Part shown: one piece after another, positions 50,670 through 63,662 of the stretch
Layout of the letters: each line of letters begins with the position of its first letter
How positions within the stretch are numbered: the first letter of the stretch is position 1
Source of the DNA: Octopus sinensis
Lineage: Eukaryota
Assembly (NCBI RefSeq): GCF_006345805.1
Contig: NC_043006.1
Location: forward strand, 43,028,001-43,092,000
Direction of reading: 5' to 3'
DNA: 64,000 nt
The notes under the pieces: generated by a model
What the model saw: only the letters and a program-made list of their open reading frames with translations
Told to the model about the DNA's origin: nothing
Databases searched by the model: none
Position numbers and translations under genes: made by a program

Positions 50670-50890
50670 AGCGCGGTGAGCTGGCAGAACCGTTAGCACG
50701 CCGGGCGAAATACTAAACAGTATTTCGTCTGCCGCTACGTTCTGAGTTCAAATTCCGCCGAGGTCGACTTTGCCTTTCATCCTTTCGGGGTCGATAAATT
50801 AAGTACCAGTTGCACATTGGGATCGCTGTAATCGACTTAATCCGTTTGTCTGTCCTTGTTTGTCCCCTTGTGGGCAGTAAAGAAATAGAC
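50670..50890 (+). mobile_element. Family B SINE, young
   Basis: CpG-intact head and core; TAAAGAAATA tail. Confidence 0.85.
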
Positions 50891-51394
50891 TACTCTCTGT
50901 TACTCTCCAGGGTTACAATTCAAATGGTACCAAATTTATACCTGATGCTATTGCTAAGTAAAGACGATGACGACGACCTCGTGGCAAAATGGTTAGAAGC
51001 AAATTGGTAGATGTGACCATTACACACACTCATTGCCAAAATGAATTATGACTAAGCATATTCATAAAATGCAAGTCGTGTACACCTGTACACGTTCATT
51101 TTTTTCCTCTTTAATATCTGATGAATAAACAGTCATTGTTTATTTGGAGTAAATTATGTTCTGTGTCTGATCAACTAATACATCACTGGAAGCTCGAGAA
51201 TTTCTTCAATCTATAAAGTTCTTGATATTGCCATTAATACCATGCTTGCACAAACACCATCGAAAAATTCATTTTTGTTTCCAATAATAGCTGGTGAAAT
51301 TTGGAGCAAGTTATACTCTATGATTATTGAATTGATAAATCACTGGAAACTGAAGAATTTCTTGGGTTTTGTAAAGTTCGTAATATTGCAAGTT

Positions 51395-51700
51395 GTTGTT
51401 TGTTCCTTCTCGAGCCACGCCTGGCTCATAATGGGCCGGTGTCCTGGTTTCCTTGGTATATAGGTCCTCCACCTGGACGGGACGCCGGTCCGTCGCAGGT
51501 GAGCTGCAAGATGCAGGAGGAAAGAGTGAGAGAAAGTTGTGGCGAAAGAGTCAGCAGAAATTCACCATTACCTTCTGCCGGAGCCGCGTGGAGCTTAGGT
51601 GTTTTGCTCATAAACACACACATCGCCTGGTCTGAGATTTGAACCCGCGATCCCTCGACCGCGTGCCCGCTGCTTTAACCATTAGGCCATGTGCCTTCAC
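51395..51700 (-). mobile_element. tRNA SINE family F (E-type head, V-domain-like segment, (AAC) tail)
   Basis: Head and body shared with 35505; CCTGCGACGGACCGGCGTCCCGTCCAGG segment. Confidence 0.75.
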
Positions 51701-52689
51701 AGTATTGCTAGTAGACCCATTAATTCCCTTTCAACTTCTTTTACGTTAAGTTGGAGAACATGCAATGAAGCAAGCAGTATGCTGGGAAGAAAATCTTGAG
51801 TTGCTGGTAGAATGAAGGATTTGCGACTTAAACTCATAGTCATTTCTTTTTTACTTTTATCTATTAAAGACGTGACTTCACAATATGGTGCTCTAAAAAC
51901 AAAATGGCGCGAAATTTGTATCCCCGTGAAGTTTTCTCCAAACAACGAAAATCTTAAAACAATTATAAGAATTTGTGGTAGCTATGATGAAACTCATGTT
52001 TATTCAGTTTCCCTAAGATAAACTCTGCTACTAGACGGACAGAACGTGGATGTTCCTACAAGAGGAGTACACACATTATGGCAAATTAATTTCTAGAAGA
52101 AATTAATGATGGTTGTAATAGCATGAATTATTGGAAGTGAGAAACAAATGGCGAAATTTGCTCCACACTTTGAAGTGCATTTAAAACAAAAGTTCAATTC
52201 GGTGATGGATAACGTATCGAAGATATTACAACACAGAAATACAATGTCAGCTATTTATATCCTGAGCATTGCTCACATGACAGCCAAGATCACTGAAGGA
52301 ATGAGAAATGCTGTACGTGTGTGTTCTGTCTGTATGTGTGTGTGTGTGTGTTTAAAAACTGGCTAATCAGTGATCGATGATTGAGAGCCTATCCTCGGAT
52401 AGAAGAAACGACGATGAAGCTACACTGCACAACGAGTCATTGACAGAATAAAACTTGTCAAGAAGATCGGTACCGTTGGTCTGCCAGCAGCGTTTAATTG
52501 ATGGACAACAGCCCGTGAACAATTAACAGAAGTTTTATTCATTGCACATAGTACTTTTTATATTGTTCTTTGAATGATGAATATAAACAATAATTTATAC
52601 ACATGGGAAAAGATAAACTCAGCAGTTATGACAAAATAGCTGGTTAGTATAGCTTCGTGACTAGCTGTCACGATTGGAGAAATGTGCTA

Positions 52690-52990
52690 ACTCGGCTGAG
52701 TAAGAAGTTTTTAAAACAATTGTTGGCATGCTATTTCTGATTTTGCTGAAAAATGAAGATGAGAATGTGGTTGCCACCACGACCGTCTCCAACATTTAGC
52801 GGCGAAATTTTGACTATTTATAAGACTTATTAGAAGGGTTCTAGAATTTTCTAGAAGGTCGCATCATGAGATGGCTCGATGCTGATTGGTCGGTTAATTG
52901 GCCGATTACGTGAAATGAGTATGGTTAAGCCGTGACTTCTACTTGGCTATTTCAGCGATTCAGTTTCGAATCTGCTATAAACTCATCACC
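52690..52990 (-). repeat. LTR-like repeat, inverted relative of 39860-40140
   Basis: GCAGAT(A/T)CGAAACTGAATCGCT...CATTTCACGT...GACCAAT(G/C)AGCAT...CCACATTCTCAT shared. Confidence 0.65.
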
Positions 52991-54121
52991 CTGAAGTCCA
53001 TCATCTCCAGATACCATCTGGCAGTTATTCTTCACCATAATCGATAGTTATCATTGCTAAAGAAGTAATTCAGACATGAGACATACAAAACCTTTGCAAA
53101 TATCAAAAGCCTTCAACTCAGTACTATGAACGGTATTGAGTTATATTACAATAGCTTAAGAATTCTTCTGGGGGGATACCATGATATCAATAATATTGAC
53201 GTGTTTTTGAATCAGAAAACGACTCAGTTTTGTAATCACTGAGATAGGATCCGCCGTCTAACTATATTTCCATAAAATCCAGACCACTTAAGAGAAATTA
53301 ACTGTATTGCTATAATAGGCATGAACGCTTACGTGAACATGGTTCGACCTGTCAGTATCACCTGGTATGAAATTAATAAAGTGATATGCTTAAAAGAAAG
53401 TTATGTGAAATTCCTGCCAAATAATTTTGCCGAGGTTTCTAGAAGCTTTACTAAAAGTTATAAAAAGTCGGAATATTAAACTCCAAAACTGGACGACCTC
53501 AGACGCAACATGTAGCTCTTTCACTCAGTTCGTTCCATAGGTGTTCTCACTTTTTCGACATGTTTTGCCTATAACAACTACGACCAGTTATCATATAATT
53601 AAGTAAATATTATTTCTTTTCTACACAGTGGAAACTTCAAATTATCACATACACGATAACATGAATGCCTTTTAATTCAATTAACCTAACTGTTCGAAGT
53701 AATAAAAATATTGAAACGTATTATTAGTGTGGTCATTCTCACTTCAGCATGCAACCCACCAACTTACCGTCCTACTGTTGTGTATTACCAATGACGATAT
53801 GATTATCACCACTAAAAACACATTATAAATGTAATCTTCCGTGAGTCTCTACGACAAAGGACATCATTGTTGCTTGCTTTCACAACATATATCAGAGTTT
53901 GATAGAATATCTTCAGGAACGGAGTTTTTAATTCCACATGCACTGCTTGTGTGCATGCTTCTATTTGTAAACCCAGCAATTAATTGTAAGAATGTCCTTT
54001 GATCCAATTTTGTGTTCCCTAACCCCTAGTGAGAAGCCAAAATGGAAGATTCTTGTATAAAAAATCTGCGAAGTGTTCGGAATTCATGTCAGTTAAAACA
54101 CACACACACATATATATATAC

Positions 54122-54228
<107 letters not shown>

Positions 54229-54944
54229 TAATATACACAGATATATAGATAGATACATGCATACATACATACATACATACATACTACATACATACATACA
54301 TACATACATACATACATACATACATACATACATACATACTACACAGATGGTCAGATATTGAAACAGACAGACATACAGATAGATAGACTTCAACTCTTAT
54401 ACTATCGCGAAACTTAAAAGCAACTAATTCGCAGATCTTCCCCAGGAGTGGGGGAAGCCAGTGCCGATAGAATAAATATCTTTCTGTCATACTCACACTT
54501 TTGTCATGTATGTCCTTATGCCTACACTGGAAATTATTTTAAAGAGATTTATTTTTTGTTTAGATAAATTAAATCTTGCTTCTCCAGAATGCTGTGGGGA
54601 AAATGGATATGTGTAACTAAGAGTACGTTACGATAAGAGATGCTAAAGTTGGGAAGGTGGGATGAGAGATAGGAGAGAGAGACATAATAATTTATTAACT
54701 AAGCACGATTTACTTAAGCACTTTCCATCTCATAGATTTAAAGAGAGAAAAAGAAAGAGAGAGAGAGGAGAACGAGAAAAATATTAAAACGGAAAGTATA
54801 TTAAAATGGAAATGTACTTGCATAGCAAATGACCTGATGTGAGATCGTGTGCGGGAACGAAAACAATTGCAGAGTGGAAGGTGTTTATAAGCCATTTAAG
54901 AAACACACAAAAACCGTTAGATTCACTTCAACATTTAAATTCAA

Positions 54945-54995
54945 TTTGCCAAAATATTTTCGTCGCTTTGAAACCGCGACCTGTTCACTGACAAA
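54945..54995 (-). ncRNA. Minimal type-I hammerhead motif with G3-C8 covariation
   Basis: TTTGTCA-GTGAACA-G-GTCGC GGTTTCAAA GCGAC-GAAAATATTT-TGGCAAA: 7 bp stem I, 5 bp stem II, palindromic stem III. Confidence 0.6.
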
Positions 54996-55454
54996 ATTCC
55001 ATGCTGCACGGAACACCTTTCACGCTGCAATTATATTAAAATGTCTGTTGTCAAATAAGTCAGCGTTGAATCAGAAATATCCAATTAGGCAGCAGCAAAA
55101 CAGCTGAGCCAGAACGTCTCATACACCCCTACGTATCTCACTACTCATCCACAATCCCATCGCTGTTCTCGAAAATGATTCATTTCATTCAACTTGACAA
55201 AGAACGACAATATCCTAAACCAGGTTTGATATATTGGCTATATTGAATAGCCACGAAACAATGGTAAACTCAACTTGGCTGCAGTAGATAATGAGTTTGC
55301 TTCGGAGTGCGTTTGGTGCTTTTGGAAATCTGTCATTTGTCTAAAAAAAAAAAGAATCGAAAGTATTGTTCGTTCGAAATAACTCAGTAATGGAAGTACT
55401 AACTGCCCGTTTGTGCGGTAGTTCTTAAAGTGACAAATACAATGCTAGCCACTA

Positions 55455-55621
55455 CACATTCTTTATTTTCTCTCCTTGTTTCTTTCCGTGTTCCTTTCTG
55501 TGGAAGAGCGTAGGCTCGAAACATTAAAGACTTTTTCACTTCCCGAGCGTTACACTAATACATCTGTTTGTTGTCTACACCACCTGTCTTCGTCTTTTGT
55601 TGCTTTTTTTTTGTGAATTCT

Positions 55622-55625
<4 letters not shown>
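55455..55625 (+). repeat. PLE-like repeat with variant hammerhead motif (55494-55529)
   Basis: CTTT-CTGTGGA-A-GAGC GTAG GCTC-GAAACATT-AAAG. Confidence 0.6.
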
Positions 55626-55681
<56 letters not shown>

Positions 55682-55721
55682 TGTATGTATGTATATATAT
55701 GTATGTATGTGTGTATGTATG

Positions 55722-55780
<59 letters not shown>

Positions 55781-55807
55781 ATATAATATATATATATATA
55801 TATATAT

Positions 55808-56425
55808 GTTAATAAAATAGAACATATGCATATATATAAACATATATGTACGTACCTACCTCTACATGTACATATACACGCATATATGTGTACAGGACAC
55901 CAAAAAGACATCGAACACATAGAGAGACGAAAAACATAGACACAAACCAAGGAACAAGACAAGCAAAAAAAAAGAGATACAGGACAATAAGCACAACGAA
56001 AAATCCCCTTCTTCAGTCGCTAAGGTTTCATCTACTAAACGTTTCGAAGGATAAAAGCGAGACGTATACTTCGAAGAAAACTTCCTTCCTGCGAAAAGCA
56101 AATCAATTAAAATTCTGAGATCTTTTCGCAGAGGGGTAAAAAAAGCAAGACGGTAACGACAGTACAAACATATAAACAGTAAAAAATATATATATAAACA
56201 GTGGAAAAATAAATATATAACAGTGAGAGACAGGACAAGGAGAACAAGATAAGAAGGGCTGTTAAGGCCAGACGAAAAAAGTATTGCAAACGCTGGATTA
56301 TAGTGGACGACGAGAGAGAAAGAATGTCGACCAGTAGCCTTAGAAGGCGGGCGAGAAAAGACAGGATAGCAGTTTCGACGGAAGTATCGTCGCAGATGGA
56401 CGACGGGAATGGGGGAGGAGGAGCA
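55808..56425. repeat. ~620 bp direct repeat, copy 1
   Basis: Highly similar to 61529-62160, including the low-complexity part. Confidence 0.9.
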
Positions 56426-56504
56426 AGAGGAAGATATATATATATATACACATATACACATGCATACATACATACACACATACATACACACATACATACG
56501 TGTA

Positions 56505-57670
56505 TAATGTTTAACGTGTTTCAGTCAGTGGACTGCGGCCATGCTGGGGCACTATCTTGAAGGGTTCAGTCGAATAAAGCGACCCACGAAGACGTAAATA
56601 AACCAACACCGGTTGTCAAACAGTTGAAAGGATCAAACATAAACACAAAGACACAAATATAAATAGATAGGCAGATAGATACGACAGGCTTCTTTCAAGT
56701 TTCCGTCTACCAAATCTTCGCACAAGGCTTTGGTCAGCCTGGTGCTTTAATAGAAGACATTTGCCCAAGCTGCCATGCAATCAGACTAAACCCGAGTCCA
56801 CATTGTTGGGAAGCACGCTTCTTAGCCAGACAACCACGAAATCACCAATGATTGACTTTTTGGGGGGTTTTTTTTGTACCCTTTATCATTAATGGGGAGA
56901 ATGGCGGCGAGCTGGCAGAAACGTTAGCACGTCGGGCGAAATGCTTAGCGGTATTTTGTCTGTCTTTACGTTCTGGGTTCAAATTCTGCCAAGGTCGACT
57001 TTGCCTTTCATCCTTTCGGGGTCGATAAATTAAGTACCAGTTACGCACTGGGGTCGATGTAATCGACTTAATCCCTTTGTCTGTCCTTGTTTGTCCCCTC
57101 CATGTTAGACCCTTTGTGGGCAATAAAGAAATAAGAAACGTTAGCAAGCCGGGCGAAATGCTTAGCGGTATTTTGTCTGTCCTTGTTTGTCCCCTCTGTG
57201 TTTAGCCCCTTGTGGATAATAAAGAAATAGGTATTTTGTCTGTCTTTACGTTCTGGGTTCAAATTCCGCCGGGGTCGACTTTGCCTTTCATCCTTTCGGC
57301 GACGATAAATTAAGTACCAGTTGCGTACCGGGGTCGATCTAATCGACTATCCCCTTCCCCCAAATTTCAGGCTTTGTACCTAGAATAGAAAAGAAGATTA
57401 TTGCTGGCAAGAAAAGTAGTTTGCCTCTGTACGTGTCTTCTTAATGCAAATCAGACCATTCATCTGGCAAAAATTCGTAGTATCTGAATTTCAAAGGGTC
57501 AGCCATGTGACATTCTGTGTCATGCTGAATCTCCCTGAGAACTACGTTAAAGGTACACTTGCCTGTGGAGTACTCACCCACGTGCATGCTAATTTCACGA
57601 GCAGACTGTACCGTTGATCGAATAAACGGGAAAGCTCTTCGTCGTAACCGACGCAGTGCCTGTTATGTTG
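56505..57670. mobile_element. SINE cluster: family A (-, 56505-56840), compound family B (+, 56900-57400), family D 3' part (+, 57400-57670)
   Basis: Family motifs as described for other copies. Confidence 0.75.
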
Positions 57671-57927
57671 CCGGACATGAGAGGTATTTCTTTACACTGT
57701 GCTTTTCGGGATCATGACAACCGATACAATGTATTTGACAATCGATTCTGCTCGTAACAACGATATACAATGACATGTTGCTAGCATACTCACACATTCC
57801 AGAGATACCAGGCTACCAATTTATGCACAGAACAGTGAACCATGGCGCTGAGTTGGTCAACTCGCAAGACGGAACCCTCTGCATAGCACAAATTCATTGA
57901 TGCCGACTTGCTTTCTTCCTATTTTAA

Positions 57928-58907
57928 TGTGTAGCGCATAGTAAAATACATTATCTCTCCTTGAGAGATATCATACAAATGCGGACATGGCGTATAATAG
58001 CCGGCCTTCGGCTGCTTAGGCCCAGTTGTGTCCACTGCTCTGATTGGTTGGTTTTGGTGCAGTTTTAACTCTTGCTTTATTTCGCGCCAATGTGTAAACC
58101 AACCAATCGCAACCTTCTGATAAGGTTCCGCGACACAGTCTTCTAGGTTCTCTTCTGGAGCCCACTAAACTCTTTAAAAGCTAGTCACAACAAACCATTA
58201 CTTGTCTTTGATCCTAGACCATTGACCATAGAGCATCCAGCGACAGACAGCCAGTTCCTGCAACTCAGCCATGTCCCAGCGACCGCGACACCAACACCAC
58301 CGCAGCATTTCAGGACATTTCTCCACCGTTACCTTCACCACCGTCGCCTTCATCAATACGTGCGCAGCAACACCGCCCAGGTTTTAAACTTCGCGCTGTT
58401 TGTGAATACTCACCAAGGTTAACAGCTCAGTCTACCTGTGAGATCTTTCTGTACCAAGTAACCCGGCACAGCATTGAAGCCACAACCGCTACACGACATG
58501 TGTTCAACCGGCGTCTGCCTTGTGACCCCAATTTCATTGATACGGAACTATTACTATAGCGTTTCTTACTACGAACTGGTATTTATCTACATCTTGTGTG
58601 ATCTACTTTTAGCGTCCTGAGAGACTCATTTCTATGCTCTGTATTTTATCTCACATGCATACACCTTTGTTTATACACCCATGCACATTATTGTATATTT
58701 GACAGGCTGTCTTATTGTTCTCTTATATGTACTTATGACACACACACGTATGTCACACTCATAGACATACACTCTGCTACTCACATGTCAACACCTGAAT
58801 AAAAACCTTTCTCTTAAACATTATACGGTTGTGTTTTCTCCTTATTCCTTTTGTCACTTATTTTGGCTTTTATTGTAAGGCGACCGTGCGGCGTTTAAAA
58901 GGAGACA
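57928..58907 (+). mobile_element. Probable solo LTR (~980 bp)
   Basis: CpG-rich island bounded by TGT...ACA, with CCAAT boxes, TTTAAAA and a late AATAAA; no clean TSD. Confidence 0.45.
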
Positions 58908-59450
58908 TTCATTTATCACCATCTCCTTTCGTACGGTCGTTCTACAAATGAAAAACTATTTGAGGTTGCATAACACTTTAATTGTATTTCATTAGATTTT
59001 TACATCGATTTTACAACGATCTTCATTTTCTTTCATTAAATTCTTTTCAATTAAGAAAAAAAAATTAAAGGTTTCGTACAGCTTTTTCGTTCTTTTATTG
59101 TTGACACTTGTAGAACAGCGATAATATTAATGTTGTTCTCATGGAAACAGACAAATGCGACTTCCAATACGTTAGCAACGGAGGCCAGCGACTGTCTAAA
59201 ATTACGTAACTTTAAAGTCTTTTAACATTATTTATTATTAATTTCTAGAGATAAGGCGGCAAACTGACAGAATCGTTATCGCGCCGGATAAAATGTTTAA
59301 CAACATTTGTTCCAGGTTTACGTCCTTAGTTCAAATTCCATCGTGATCGATTAAATAAATATCTGTTGAGCACTGGGAGTTAATATAATCGATTATCCAG
59401 CCTTCTCACAAAATTCCTGGCCTTGTGCACATATTAGAAAGGATTATTAA

Positions 59451-59963
59451 CCCATTTACTGCCAATTTGTTTTATTCATATTTGGGGGGTTTGCCAGGTG
59501 TCTTACGAGTTAAAAGAATATTTAGTATCTAAATTTTCTTCATATGTGAATTAGTTTGGAAATTATAAATTTTTCGAAAAGTCCAAAATGGGGATCGCTG
59601 AAAAAAAAAGCATATTTATCCTTTTCTATTCAATTGCAATAATAAACATTTTAGTTTTTTTGAAAATATGATATCAAATGCGAATGTGTATGAAATATCA
59701 ATGAATGATATAGATGGGAAATGCAGAAAAAAAATCGTTTTCAAAACAGTCAATATTTTTGTAGTTCAAAAATTGCGATTTATGACACAAAATGTTCTCT
59801 AGAATTTGCCAAACTAATAGTGACAAACTTTAACTAGTAAATATTTTCAAACACGCCTCTGCAGATGCAATATACATAAGCAATTCACATTAAACACAAC
59901 GAGCAACCGGCAGTGAGACTGTTTTTAGCAGATCCTCAAATGGGGCTCATGGCAAGCAAGGGG
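59451..59963. mobile_element. piggyBac-type MITE
   Basis: TTAA|CCCATTTACTGCC...GGCAAGCAAGGGG|TTAA. Confidence 0.7.
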
Positions 59964-60385
59964 TTAATGTCTAGAAGAAATAAATCTGGTTTTTGTCATA
60001 GGCAAGCGTGGCTGTGTGGTGAGAAGTTCGCTTCCCAACCACATGGTTCTCGCTTCTGGGTTCAATCCCACTGCACTGCACCTTGAGCATGTGTCTTCTA
60101 CCAAATCCGTCAGAGTGGATTTGACAGGTAGAAACTGAGTAAGGATGGGCCTGTTATTATTCAGTTTCATTTCAAGATATCTTGCCAATAGAGAAAGAGC
60201 CGGTTTGTAAAGCTAGATCTGAGTCAGCCCTATTCGAATTTCAACCACATTAACACGATATTTATGCATGCTTGTGTGTACATGTGCAATATCTGGAGTC
60301 AGTACATATACAGATTTGTGCGTTTTGTTTTTATGTATGTATTCTCTTGCATATAGTTGCACGTCTAGGCATGCGCACATATCTA

Positions 60386-60424
<39 letters not shown>

Positions 60425-60654
60425 TATTTATATATATATATATTTAAATGCTAAATCTCTGGAAAGGTTTACAAATTTTGACAGTTCCATGGATGGCTTG
60501 AATCTGTAATCTTGTAATTAGCTTTCACTTTTCTGGTTGTGAGATTCCTAATTTCACAAGATTCATATTGAAGTAGTTTGTTAGATATGTCAGTGTCCCA
60601 ATAATTACAGGTATAGATTATCGGGACACTTGTAATCCAGGTAGAGTAGCTGTA

Positions 60655-61075
60655 TGTACGCATGTATGTATGTATGTATGTATGTATGTATGTTATGTAT
60701 GTATGTATGTATGTATGTATGTATGCATGCATGTATAATACATACATACACATATATATATATGTGTGTGTGTGCGTGTGTGTCTATGCATGCGTGTGTG
60801 TGTGTGTATGTCTGTGTATGTATGTGTGCGTGCGAGTGTATGTGCATGTATGTGTGTGCATGTGTGTATGTGTCTATGTGTGTATGTGTGTGAGTGTATG
60901 TGTGTGTGTCTATGTGTGCGAGTGCGTGTATGTGTGCGTGTGTGTATATGTTTGTGTGTCTATGTGTGTGCGTCTGTGTAATGCGTGTATGTGTATGCGT
61001 GTGTGTGTGTATACGTATGTGTGTATATGTGTGTGTGTGTGTGCGCGTGCGTGCCTGTGTGTCCGCGCACGCATG
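60655..61075. repeat. Compound (TATG)n/(TG)n microsatellite
   Basis: Direct reading. Confidence 0.95.
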
Positions 61076-61528
61076 ATACTTCTACTTTCAACATGTCATC
61101 TCTGAAATATTTTCAGAATCACTTTTTCCATACTTTAGGATACAATTGATAAAATATTATATATGAGTGATCGTTGGATGTGAGAATGGTATAATTAAAT
61201 TAATCCAATATATATATATATACATATATATATATATTTATAAAAAATTTTCAAGCATAAGCACTCAGGCATACGTCCTGTGTGTGTGTGTGTGTGTGTT
61301 GGGGTACAAACGAAAGATTTGTTTTATTGACCACTGGAGAGAGGAGGGTGTGTGAGCTGTTTGCTTTTCTTCAGGTTTTAAGTTGAATGTTAGGCAAAGA
61401 TTTAAACATACACACACACACATGTACATATATATGTGTATGTGTTTGTATGTGTAAGTGCGAGTGCGCGTGCCTGTATTAAGCTCATTTGTGTATGTGT
61501 GTGTTTGTGTATATATATATATATATAG

Positions 61529-62160
61529 GTTAATAAAATAGAACATATGCATATATATAAACATATATGTACGTACCTACCTCTACATGTACATATACAC
61601 GCATATATGTGTACAGGACACCAAAAAGACGTCGAACACATAGAGAGACGAAACACATAGACACACAACCAAGGAACAAGACAAGCAAAAAAAGAGAGAG
61701 ATACAGGACAATAAACACACGAAAAACCCCTTCTTCAGTCGCTAAGATTTCATCTACTAAACGTTTCGAAGGATAAAAGCGAGACGTATACTTCGAAGAA
61801 AAATTCCTTCCCGCGAAAAGCAAATCAATTAAAATTCTGAGATCTTTTCGCAGAGGGGTAAAAAAAAGGCAAGACGGTAACGACAGTACAAACATATAAA
61901 CAGTAAAAAATATATATTAAACAGTGGAAAAATACTATAACAGTGAGAGACAGGGACAAGGAGAACAAGATAAGAAGGGCTGTAACGCCAGACGAAAAAA
62001 GTATTGCAAAGCTGGATTATCGTGGACGACGAGAGAGGGGGCAAAGTAGTCGACCATAGCCTTACAAGGCGGGCGAGAGAAAAGACAGGATAGCAGTTAC
62101 GACGGAAGTATCGTCGCAGATGGACGACGGAATGGGGGAGGAGAGCAAGAGGAGAGAGAG
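61529..62160. repeat. ~620 bp direct repeat, copy 2
   Basis: Highly similar to 55808-56425. Confidence 0.9.
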
Positions 62161-62508
62161 AGAGGGGAATGGTGCGAGGAAGACCATGAAGAATGGTGAA
62201 AGGGAGAGAGAGAATGAAGAATGAGAGAGAGAGGAAGAGACAAGTTAAGTGAGGTATATATATTATACACACCACACATATGCCTATATGCATGCATGTA
62301 TATATACACACGCACCACATATATATGTATACATACACACACTACAAAATTACATACATATAAGTTGTGTGTGGGTATATATAATATATATATATATATA
62401 TTATATATATATTATATATAATATATATATATACACACATTATATATATACATATATATACATACATGCATACGTACATACACATGTACACACAAGTGCG
62501 CACGCACG

Positions 62509-62568
<60 letters not shown>

Positions 62569-63012
62569 TATGTTGACTGACGCGGATGACCGACGCTTCA
62601 TACATTTTATTCAAAAATATTCATTTCGGGGTTTTTCGCTGTAGGGGTGGAGAGCACACACAGATTCAGATCAAAAAACCCTCTTGCAATATGATGCCAT
62701 CACCTCCACATTTTTATTATCAATTGGGGAATTCCAGCACTTGACAAGTAACTTTTATATATACGTGTATCTCTGAAGCGTGTGTATGTGTGTGTATATG
62801 TGTGAAGGAGAGGGGTGTCCATGGCTGACCAGCTGTGCCAACAGATTATTGAAAAAGTCATCTTTGTAGTCTAGTAATGTAAATTGACAATTACGGTTCA
62901 TAAATATAATATGAAAGAAAATGTGTCATAAGTACAGAATAAAACAAAAATTACAGCTGTAGCTTTTTAAACTGAATTATACATTCACACATAGAGATAA
63001 AAATACACGTAT

Positions 63013-63129
<117 letters not shown>

Positions 63130-63155
63130 TGATAGATAGGTAGATATAGATATAT

Positions 63156-63613
63156 GGCGTAGGAGTGACTGTATGGTAAGTAGCTTGCTTACCAGCCACA
63201 TGGTTTCGGGTTCAGTCCCACTGCGTGGCACCTTGGGCAAGTGTCTTCTACTATAGCCTCGGGCTGACCAAAGCCTTGTGAGTGGATTTGGTAGACGGAA
63301 ACTGAAAGAAGCCCGTCGTATATATGTATATGTATATATTTATATATATACGTGTGTGCGCGTGTTTGTGTGTACCTGTATATATGTATAATATATATGT
63401 ATGTGTATATATATATATATATATACACGTGCAGGTGGCACGTAAAAAGCACCCACTACACTCACGGAGTGGTTGGCGTTAGGAAGGGCATCCAGCTGTA
63501 GAAACATTGCCAGATAAGACCGGAGCCTGGTGCAGCCTTCTGGCTTCCCAGATCCCCTGTCGAACCGTCCAACCTATGCTAGCATGGAGAACGGACGTTA
63601 AACGATGATGATG

Positions 63614-63614
<1 letters not shown>
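63156..63614 (+). mobile_element. Family A 5' half continuing through (TA)n into family C body and tail
   Basis: A head to AAGCCCGTCGTATA, microsatellite, then GGTGGCACGTAAAAAGC...GGACGTTAAACGATGATG. Confidence 0.75.

Positions 63615-63662
<48 letters not shown>

Noticed and set aside
51720-53200. Possible LINE RT fragments (ISKAFNSV at ~53100)
   Set aside because: A single short motif amid stops is insufficient to define an element.
55990-56070. Hammerhead in the 620 bp repeat (CGAAACGTTT...CTGAAGA), also CTGCGACG...CGTCGAAAC at ~56375
   Set aside because: Stems I and II cannot be closed in a valid register and the cores are incomplete; at most degenerate relics.
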